From a bacterium (GTDB lineage: Bacteria > Fidelibacterota > Marinisomatia > Marinisomatales > UBA1611): DNA of 10,185 nucleotides. A model generated the notes under the pieces. That model saw only the letters and a program-made list of their open reading frames with translations, did no database searches and was not told the DNA's origin. Position 1 is the stretch's first letter, and each line of letters starts with the position of its first letter. Both the position numbers and the translations under genes were made by a program. This document shows positions 1 through 7,200 of the stretch, piece by piece. Location: contig JAYPIC010000010.1 of NCBI GenBank assembly GCA_038127595.1, positions 1 through 10,185 of the forward strand, in the 5' to 3' direction.

Positions 1-1846
1 CGCCAGTAGAACCATTCCAACTTTTATAAGCATTAGCGGCGTCATCCCAGACATATACTGTGGATGCAATATTAGTCTTTGATATTAAATCCCAATCTAT
101 TGTTGAAGAGTACGGGTTACCTGCGAGACCCCAATCACCACTGCCAATACTACCATAGGTAGCATCAGAACTATTTTCCGTGCCACTTACATTAATTGTT
201 GCAGGAAGATCTGCAGTACCATCATTATCTGTATCCTCAAATACATAGACTAAAAATCCTTGTCCAGCAGCAATAGAGGTTCCTGAAGTTGAGATATCAC
301 TAAGTGCTGTCCAGCTCTGTCCAGAAACATTTAGAGTCCATACATTAGCACTCGCGCCAGTCACATCAGCGCCAGTCATTCCTTGAGTCCAAAGGTTAGT
401 TAGTAAACTTCCTAAGACTTGCCCAGAAACAGGGGAAGAGAGCATGCGAAAACCTGAGTTACCAGAAATTGAGGTGCCTAGTATTTTAGAGTTGGTCCAA
501 TCTGAACTAGCATCCATGTTGGTCATGGTGCCATTATTATCATTGCTGGTAAGATCAAGGACGGATGTTCCTCTACCATCATTAAAATTATAGTAGGCAA
601 CTAAATTACTTTCGTTGCCAACAAGTTCTTTGTACATATTATCTTGGATCTCCGCTTGCGTACGAACATCATCCCAAATACGAACCTCATCAATTTGGCC
701 ATCCCAAATCCTAGCTGCCTTACCAATAAGAGTATTAGCGCTTTGAAATACAGTATTATCTGTCCCTGTATCTTCTAAAATACCATCTAAATATAATTTT
801 ATATCACCTGATGAGCTCCTTGTAGCGGCAAGATGATGCCAATCACCATCATTAAAGTCTGTTGGGGCATAAGCTTTATTAGCACCACTTTTCCAATAAA
901 TGAAATTACCTGACGCTATTGCCAATTTAAATCGGTTGGTTCCAGTAGTGCTTTGGCTTATTAAAGCTTTTGTACTTGCGCCAGTGTATGTAGTTTTAGC
1001 CCAACACTCTATAGTATATGCTTGCGAAGCATTTGAGGTTGAAAGTAAGCCAGATCCCAAATCTACATAATCATCCGTGCCATCAAAATCTAGTGAATAA
1101 TCTTGTGCAAAAAGGGTGTTGGATACCCAATCACTGCTCGCATCCATGTTGGTCATGGTACCATTATTTGAATTAGAAGTTAGATCAGTTGCGGTGGTAC
1201 CGCTACCATCGTTAAAGTTATAGTAAGCAACTAAATTACTTTCACTTCCAGATAGCTCAGTATGCATACTTGCTTTGATTTCAGCTTGGGTTCTAACATC
1301 ACTCCAAATACGAACTTCATCAATTTGGCCTTGGAACAGGGCGTTGGATGTAGAAAATCTGGAACCAATAGTGACTGGATGACTGTTATCGTTTGGAGTA
1401 ATCCACGAACCTGATGTCGTTCCTCCAATATCTTGGCCATTAAGATAAACCTTTAGTGTAGAAGTACTGCCACTACGAGAATGCACAGCGGCGATGTGGT
1501 GCCAGGTATCAGAAGAAATAGTAGCATTTTGCTGGAGGTAAGGGCCACTTCCTTGTCCAACATCAAAATATACCTGGTTATCCTTTAACATTAAGATGTA
1601 TTCTTCATTTGCATCTGTAGTGCCTTTACCAACAAGGCTCATCCAACCAGAGCCTGAAACTTTTTTAAACCAAGCAGTAATGGTTATAGCACTAGTGCTG
1701 GTCAAGGATGCATCATCTGTAATCTGAATGTAATCGTTACTTCCATCAAAATCTAAAGCGTTGTTTTGAGCAGAAAGAGGGGTTAAAAAAAATAAAGGTA
1801 TGAACACCTTTATAGCCAAACTGCTAAAAATTAGCAAGCCCTTCAT
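1..1846 (-). CDS. Secreted protein with two tandem LamG/concanavalin A-like (Laminin_G_3) domains; 3'-truncated by window edge (>=615 aa)
   Basis: Manual translation from the ATG at 1846 (upstream AAAGGAATTACT, SD-like) stays open to the window edge. It begins with a signal-peptide-like MKGLLIFSSLAIKVFIPLFFLTPLSA|QNN. Two repeats follow, of the pattern (A/S)LDFDGxxDY...WHH(I/L)AA...LYL(N/D)G...GQIDEVRIW.DVRTQAEI...NLVAYYNFNDG.GT...DLTSN.NNGTMTNMD, then a further domain (GFRMLSSPVSG...WGLAGNPYSSTIDWD...VYVWD). It is absent from the ORF track, presumably because no stop codon lies in the window. Confidence 0.9.
   Translation of the reverse strand, partial: MKGLLIFSSLAIKVFIPLFFLTPLSAQNNALDFDGSNDYIQITDDASLTSTSAITITAWFKKVSGSGWMSLVGKGTTDANEEYILMLKDNQVYFDVGQGSGPYLQQNATISSDTWHHIAAVHSRSGSTSTLKVYLNGQDIGGTTSGSWITPNDNSHPVTIGSRFSTSNALFQGQIDEVRIWSDVRTQAEIKASMHTELSGSESNLVAYYNFNDGSGTTATDLTSNSNNGTMTNMDASSDWVSNTLFAQDYSLDFDGTDDYVDLGSGLLSTSNASQAYTIECWAKTTYTGASTKALISQSTTGTNRFKLAIASGNFIYWKSGANKAYAPTDFNDGDWHHLAATRSSSGDIKLYLDGILEDTGTDNTVFQSANTLIGKAARIWDGQIDEVRIWDDVRTQAEIQDNMYKELVGNESNLVAYYNFNDGRGTSVLDLTSNDNNGTMTNMDASSDWTNSKILGTSISGNSGFRMLSSPVSGQVLGSLLTNLWTQGMTGADVTGASANVWTLNVSGQSWTALSDISTSGTSIAAGQGFLVYVFEDTDNDGTADLPATINVSGTENSSDATYGSIGSGDWGLAGNPYSSTIDWDLISKTNIASTVYVWDDAANAYKSWNGSTG
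497..1330. repeat. Intragenic direct repeat: C-terminal ~200 bp of the two LamG domains (about 497-700 and 1127-1330, offset 630 bp)
   Basis: Exact blocks at a constant 630-bp offset: GCATCCATGTTGGTCATGGT (510-529 / 1140-1159), GCAACTAAATTACTTTC (597-613 / 1227-1243), TCATCAATTTGGCC (687-700 / 1317-1330). Confidence 0.85.
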
Positions 1847-2096
1847 AGTAATTCCTTTAAATTGCTTTTAAAAACAACTAACAAATAGTTATGTGTAAAA
1901 TACATAGCAATTTATTTTAACATCCATTTAAATATTTTCCTAAGGAGATTCTTTAAGTTATTGTTCATATTTAACTTCTAAAACAAGAAGATTAGTTTAG
2001 TAATTTCATAGACATACATCTAGCTTAACCATTTATCTTTGTTTATAACAAGTCAAGCCCATACATATTAGCTTATCAGTTTATGAGTCTTTCTTG

Positions 2097-2276
2097 TTAT
2101 TGTTTGGTCTTTCTTATGAGTGGACTTCTAGGAGGACTAAGAAGGCTAAACTCTTCTCTTTGCCTCTCAAGTTCATCCTTTAATGACCAAGGTTTGTTAC
2201 AGAACTTGCATTGTCCTTCTCCATAGGCATTCCACCTGATGGAGTTGTCTTTGTTGCAGTGTTTACATGTGTTCAT
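2097..2276 (-). CDS. Small zinc-ribbon-like hypothetical protein (59 aa, CxxC-x15-CxxC)
   Basis: MNTCKHCNKDNSIRWNAYGEGQCKFCNKPWSLKDELERQREEFSLLSPPRSPLIRKTKQ*. ATG at 2276 is preceded by AAAGGATATAAAT (SD-like); stop TAA at 2099-2097. Probably just under the ORF-track length cutoff. Confidence 0.6.
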   Translation of the reverse strand: MNTCKHCNKDNSIRWNAYGEGQCKFCNKPWSLKDELERQREEFSLLSPPRSPLIRKTKQ

Positions 2277-2290
2277 ATTTATATCCTTTA

Positions 2291-2452
2291 TAGTTAGTTA
2301 GTATGGCTATTAGTTAGATACCCTAAAGAATTAGAGATTTAATTGGTATATAATCACTCCTTACACCCTTGATTACTAGGGGGGTAAACAATGATAGGTT
2401 CTTATAACCTAGGGGGGTTAGCACCATTAAGGATCTCATCTTTTAGGGTGTT
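2291..2452. repeat. Iteron-like repeat cluster, putative replication origin
   Basis: CTAGGGGGGT occurs exactly at 2376-2385 and 2409-2418, with a variant TTAGGGTGTT at 2443-2452 (spacing 33-34 bp). Inverted copies are ACACCCTT (2363-2370) and ATACCCTAAA (2318-2327). An adjacent AT-rich tract carries TAGTTAG repeats (2291-2317). Confidence 0.45.
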
Positions 2453-2902
2453 ATTTTTCTTTTTAAATCTTGTTTTTCTACCTACAGCATAATCTTTTAC
2501 TTTGGGAATCTCGTGTTCCCAGCTTTCTTTTGGGTATCGTTTCCATCTCATTTTATCGTGTGCTACACCATCAACCCAGAGAAGTTTATATTGGTTCATA
2601 TCACCTCTAGCCATACCACCACGATAGGTGACCTTTATAAATCCTACTTCGATAAGTTTATTCCTAGCGTTTATATAAGTCTGGGAAGCACCAAGCTTAT
2701 TGAATTTGAATTCTGCTTCGCTAAATGAAATCTCTCCATTCTTTATGAAAGTTCTATTTTTACTCTTCCCTGTCCATCTTAATTCAGTATAAAAACACAT
2801 CATTAAGTTTCTTGCAGAAACATTAAGAGCTTGATATGCTTTAGACCAATACAGTCTTTCATACATTGTAAAGTAGAACCGTTTACTTCCAATAGGCTTC
2901 AT
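2402..2902 (-). CDS. Hypothetical winged-helix DNA-binding protein, resembling replication-initiator-like proteins of phages/small integrative elements (166 aa)
   Basis: ORF track. The pattern SKAYQALNVSARNLMMCFY...NGEISFSEAEF...GASQTYINARNKLIEVGFIKVTYRGG...NQYKLLW fits an HTH followed by a beta-hairpin wing. Basic C-terminus. Starts 3 nt after the upstream stop. Confidence 0.7.
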   Translation of the reverse strand: MKPIGSKRFYFTMYERLYWSKAYQALNVSARNLMMCFYTELRWTGKSKNRTFIKNGEISFSEAEFKFNKLGASQTYINARNKLIEVGFIKVTYRGGMARGDMNQYKLLWVDGVAHDKMRWKRYPKESWEHEIPKVKDYAVGRKTRFKKKNNTLKDEILNGANPPRL

Positions 2903-2905
2903 TGC

Positions 2906-3112
2906 TCACAACTTCCTAGTAGGCTCAGGGTTTTCTTCATAATATTCTTTTATGGTATCAACTATCGCCTTTGAAGGTCTCTTACCAAAACGGTAGGGGT
3001 AGAGTGCACATTGTATCACTGTACAAAGTCTTATCTCTTTGCATGAACCAGCAGTACAATCAAGGCATTTCTCCCTGATTGATTTGATGGGAGTATTTAT
3101 TACTTTTTTCAT
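2906..3112 (-). CDS. Small Cys-rich hypothetical protein of phage/mobile-element type (68 aa, C-x2-C-x10-C-x4-C)
   Basis: ORF track. TPIKSIREKCLDCTAGSCKEIRLCTVIQCALYPYRFGKRP resembles a motif I recall from phage hypothetical proteins; probably metal-binding. Tightly coupled to the downstream ORF. Confidence 0.7.
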   Translation of the reverse strand: MKKVINTPIKSIREKCLDCTAGSCKEIRLCTVIQCALYPYRFGKRPSKAIVDTIKEYYEENPEPTRKL

Positions 3113-3165
3113 AACCCAAGCTTATAAAAAGCTGGAGAGTGAGGTCGGAGCGACCAAGGAGTATT

Positions 3166-3825
3166 TTAATGTTTTAAGGAGTATTTACCTGTTCTTTTTG
3201 AATAATTGAACACATCTCCAACTCTTGGAGAATCTTTAAAATAATTTGATAGTTTCCCTGTGCTGGTTAAATCTAATACTCTTGCCATCTCATAGTAGGA
3301 AAGTCCATCAAGCTCATCAGTTAGGTTCTTAAAAAGAAGCTTTACGACTTTAGATTGGTTTCTTCTTAGTATGTATAGATTGTTATCTACATTAATTCTT
3401 GAGAAATCCTTATTTGCAAAAAATGAACCTTTACTCCATTCCATTAGAGAAAGTTTTTGAGGTAATTGAAAGTCATTTGTTCCATACCAATTAACAAAAT
3501 GGTCAAGAGTATTGGATAAGTACTCAAGTTGATTTTTTCTTTTAGTAGAAAAGGGATTCTCATCTAAAAGTTTTTTTACTTCTTCAAGGGATTGAATAAT
3601 ATAAATGACTTGTTCATCATTATGTTTTTTACATTTATCAAGAGTGTGAGCACCTAAGTCATGATCATTAGTAACTAAAACATGATTAAGCTTTTTCTCA
3701 ATGTTTAAAATTATATCAGTAACTTGAAGTAGTTGGACTCCTCGCGCATCAATAATATCAAATAATGTGTAAGGCCCAAGATTCATAATGAATAATCTAA
3801 AACATATTTTAGAATGGGAGCACAC
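3166..3825 (-). CDS. Hypothetical protein with probable C-terminal winged-helix (OmpR-like) DNA-binding domain; true start may be ATG at 3786
   Basis: 219-aa ORF from GTG 3825, with an in-frame ATG at 3786 (MNLGPY...). The C-terminal ~85 aa (FFANKDFSRINVDNNLYILRRNQSKVVKLLF...GLSYYEMARVL...KLSNYFK...DVFNYSKRTGKYSL) show a beta-sheet, three-helix, wing layout. Confidence 0.65.
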   Translation of the reverse strand: MCSHSKICFRLFIMNLGPYTLFDIIDARGVQLLQVTDIILNIEKKLNHVLVTNDHDLGAHTLDKCKKHNDEQVIYIIQSLEEVKKLLDENPFSTKRKNQLEYLSNTLDHFVNWYGTNDFQLPQKLSLMEWSKGSFFANKDFSRINVDNNLYILRRNQSKVVKLLFKNLTDELDGLSYYEMARVLDLTSTGKLSNYFKDSPRVGDVFNYSKRTGKYSLKH

Positions 3826-4014
3826 AGTTTACCAACACCCATACCCCATCAGATTTCACACTATGGGGGTTCACTTTCGTTGAAATCTAATGTGGCTGTG
3901 TGTTGTTTGCCCCTACTTGCTATTAGCAATGCAAGTGATATGCAAGCAGAACTGTGTATATTCTTGTGTTTAATGAACTAATTAACCGACTGTTTTACTA
4001 CAGCTATACAAAGT

Positions 4015-4049
4015 AAAAAGCCTCACTACTCCTCAAAGAAACAAGGCTT
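4015..4049 (-). terminator. Hairpin/terminator immediately downstream of tRNA-Leu
   Basis: Minus strand AAGCCTTGTTTCTTTGAGGAGTAGTGAGGCTTTTT: an AAGCCT/AGGCTT stem extended by G-U pairs, ending in a T run. Confidence 0.5.
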
Positions 4050-4057
4050 AATTAAAG

Positions 4058-4140
4058 TACCGCGGAAAGGGCTCGAACCTTCACGCACAAAGTGCACCAG
4101 ATCCTAAATCTGGCGTGTCTACCAATTCCACCACCGCGGC
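4058..4140 (-). tRNA. tRNA-Leu (anticodon TAG), CCA not encoded
   Basis: GCCGCGGTGGTGGAATTGGTAGACACGCCAGATTTAGGATCTGGTGCACTTTGTGCGTGAAGGTTCGAGCCCTTTCCGCGGTA. Acceptor stem GCCGCGG/CCGCGGT, anticodon arm CCAGA-TTTAGGA-TCTGG, long variable arm GCAC-TTT-GTGC, T-loop GGTTCGAG, discriminator A. Confidence 0.97.
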
Positions 4141-4155
4141 ATATATAAAAATTAC

Positions 4156-4187
4156 AAAAAAGGGGCATGATTATCTGCCCCTTTTTT
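4156..4187 (-). terminator. Rho-independent terminator of the 1119-aa gene (symmetric, potentially bidirectional)
   Basis: AAAAAAGGGGCA-TGATTATC-TGCCCCTTTTTT is a perfect 12-bp inverted repeat with A/T tails, about 20 bp past the stop codon at 4207. Confidence 0.85.
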
Positions 4188-4206
4188 ATAACTATTAATA
4201 TCTAGA

Positions 4207-7200
4207 CTATTTCATCAAAACCATCTTTTTTGTAAATACCTTACCACCTGCGGTTAACCTATAAAAATACATTCCAGCACTTAAAGTATTACCAGCATCA
4301 TCTCTTCCATACCAAGCTGTAATTTTTCTACCAGCAGTTTCATTTTGATTTACAATAGTTTTTACCTTTTTACCAACCACATTATAAATAGATAGATCCA
4401 CAAACCCATCCACAGCTAAGTCATAATTGATAACAGTCGAAGGATTGAAAGGGTTAGGGAAATTGTCGTGCAATTGAAATTCTGCAGGGACGTAAGCGTC
4501 TGTAGTAGATGAGAGATTTACGTCAGCAAAAAGTCCTAGTCCTTGAGATATAGCTGTAATAGAATTAGCTCCTGCATCTCCTGCACTAACTTCATGAAAT
4601 AGTAACTGCACATTAGGGTTTTGTATATTCTGACCCATTTGAACATTAATTTTTATTACAGGCCCATCGCCCGCTGGAATTCCGCCTGTGAAATCATACC
4701 CAAGAAAATAAAAATATCCCTCATCAACATCTTCACCAGTACTGCCATCAATGATACCATTTTCAAATCTTCCAACAGCCTCTACTGAGGTAACTGTTAA
4801 ATAATTAGGCAGATCTTCAATTTCAAATGACATAGTTCCAACAATCTCAGTATTAGTAAGGTGAACTTCAAAAGATCCTTGTCCACCCGGTGTAAGTAGA
4901 CCTTCAACATTGTGAATGCTGTATGAAGCTGGCGGCGCACCAATATAAACTTCCGATGGTAATCCAGCAGAAACTAGTGGCTGATTATATGCATCCGAAA
5001 GAACCATTTCTCCATATTCAATATCAACCATAAACTCTTCAGGCGATCCAGGAAGAACATCAAGTAATACTTCCCCTAAATACCAACTCCCAGGTTGGAT
5101 AGGGTTACTCAATGTATTATCAAATAAAAGCAATGTAAATACGTTACCTAGCTGCTGTGATGATACTGACCACGTACTAAAATCAACTAAGTCAGTTGTT
5201 TCAATTCCGCTACCTGAAATAAAGGGAGGATTAACAACAAAATCCACTTGTATACCGTAAACTGGCTGAGTATTAATCAAGCACAAGGGCGAGGTCATTT
5301 GAGACCCAGGTTCACCATGCCCATCAACCAACATTACATATTGTGTTTCTATACCAACCTCATAAGATCCAATCTCCGCTGTCCAGTTTAATTGAACCGG
5401 CGGGTTGCTAGTATCTTGGATTTGAACATCAGTCATTGTCAAGCTCACAGTAAGAGCTTGATCACCTTGAGGGCGGACAACAACTCTGCACACCGGCCCA
5501 TCTCCTGGTTGCAATGGATCTGCACCAGCCAATGGACCAAAACCAGCTATCGAAATTTTACCGTTGTCATCTAATATAGATAGAGACCAGCCATCTGTTC
5601 TATCCGTAGTTAATACGCTTTCACCAACTAGCACATCTGGAAAATCTTCAATCTCAAAAAATAATCCACCAAGCAGACTTTCATTATTGACAGAAATATC
5701 AATCGTGTCAGTAAGACCTACTAACGACGCACCATCGCCAATAGAACATTCAATCCATTCTACTGGCGTCGCAGAAACAATATTAGTTGGTACGGATTCA
5801 GAACCATCTGGATAAATTGCTGTCACATAATAATAATAAGATGTATTGTTCACAACATTGTCATCTCTGTATGATGTAACGCTACCCTCAACCTCAACGA
5901 TTTCTTCAAAATCAGTAATCCCGTTTAAAGACTTGTAAACTTTGTATGCATCAATATCAACAGGACGAGTGTTACTAACTATTGGATTTTCAAGATCAAT
6001 TCTATGCGAAAAAGGTATGCCACCGCCGTAGGAATGAATTACGTCTTCTTTTGGAGCTGTTACAACCCACTCACCAACGTCTGTTAAATTAAAGTGGACC
6101 AAACGATCTGGAATATCTCTTGTTTCAAAAGAAATAGAAACATCATCAATCGCCCATCCAGATGCCCAAGTTGCGTTATCATTTGAATGAAATAATATAA
6201 AAAGATCATCTCCAGTAATAAATGGAGAAAGGTCAACAGTTTCTGTTACCCATTCAGTAGCTGCAGCTAAAACATAAACCTCAGTAAAGTCTACTCCATT
6301 TTCACTAACAGCAATAGATGCACCGTGGCCGTAAGCACCATCAAAATAAGAATCAAAACTTAGAATGACGCTAGCTGCACCACTAACATTTAAACTAGGA
6401 GTAACCAGATAATCTACTGAACCATCATCATTTGCTTGATCATCGTTTGAGCACATATAATTTGTATGAGCAGGAACTGTCCACCATTCACTCGTGCAGT
6501 CTGTTGTAAGATACCATCCCTGAGCTGAGTTTGTTGTGAGCGTCCAATCTTCTGGAATCCCAGCTTCAAAATCTTCGACGATGTTATCCGGAATCGGACC
6601 TGATGGAGGATCCCAAGTTAAATTTACATAAGCATCCTGCCCATCTAAAGCTTGTAAATTTGAAGGCTCTTCAATGTATCCAGGATAAACTATGACAGTG
6701 CCAGAGTCTGCAGAAGCAATCCAATACGTTCCACCTATTCCATCTGTTACCATTACATTTTCCATAAATAGGGACACAGAGTCAGCATATGCTGTATTAA
6801 TTACTTCAAATGTAGCAGTCACAACGGGGCCATTTCCTGGTTCTAAATTGACATTATCTGGACTGTACATAATAATTCGAGAATTTGCACCCTCATTTAC
6901 GTCACTGAAATCCGCACTGAAACCTGCAGTCCTATCAGTAGTGGATACAGAAATTAAATTTAAATAATTTGGCGCATCTTTAATATCAAACTGTATTCCA
7001 CCAACACTTCCAGTATTTACAACGCTAAAATCAATGTCTACTGTTTCATCAACATCAGCAGTTGCTGTTGAACCGCTTAGATAGACAACATCACCAATTG
7101 TTAAATCACCAGCGATAGATACTGAGGTTAAAAGATTTCCACTAGCATCACTTGCAACAACATTGTTTAATTTAACTTCAAGGACTGCTGAGAGAATATC

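Larger units (their letters stand above)
2097..4057 (-). mobile_element. Putative small integrative element or remnant abutting the tRNA-Leu 3' end; no integrase seen
   Basis: Begins immediately after a tRNA 3' end. Contains four co-oriented phage/satellite-like hypothetical ORFs, iteron-like repeats and arm-site-like repeats. The distal boundary is not defined because no duplicated tRNA end was found. Confidence 0.5.

Noticed and set aside
1197..1203. GTACCGC match to the tRNA 3' end as a possible second att site
   Set aside because: Only 7 bp long and inside an intact CDS, so it is most likely a chance match.
1231..1440. 69-aa minus-strand ORF in the track
   Set aside because: Alternative frame inside the long LamG CDS, which has clear domain motifs.
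2025..2056. Minus-strand TTGACT as a -35 box for the LamG gene
   Set aside because: No convincing -10 hexamer at 16-18 bp spacing.
2363..2452. CRISPR-like spacing of the 33-34 bp periodic repeats
   Set aside because: The repeats are only about 10 bp, occur in mixed orientation, overlap a CDS, and no cas genes are present.
2513..2728. 71-aa plus-strand ORF
   Set aside because: Antisense shadow of the 166-aa wHTH gene, with no recognisable motif.
3870..3915. Possible c-di-GMP-I riboswitch (minus-strand GGGCAAAC and CGAAAG)
   Set aside because: The spacing between GGCAAAC and the GAAA loop is too long, and the GACGCAAA element is absent.
5392..5815. Two plus-strand ORFs (60 aa and 83 aa)
   Set aside because: Antisense shadows within the 1119-aa gene.
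6692..6967. 91-aa plus-strand ORF
   Set aside because: Antisense shadow within the 1119-aa gene.
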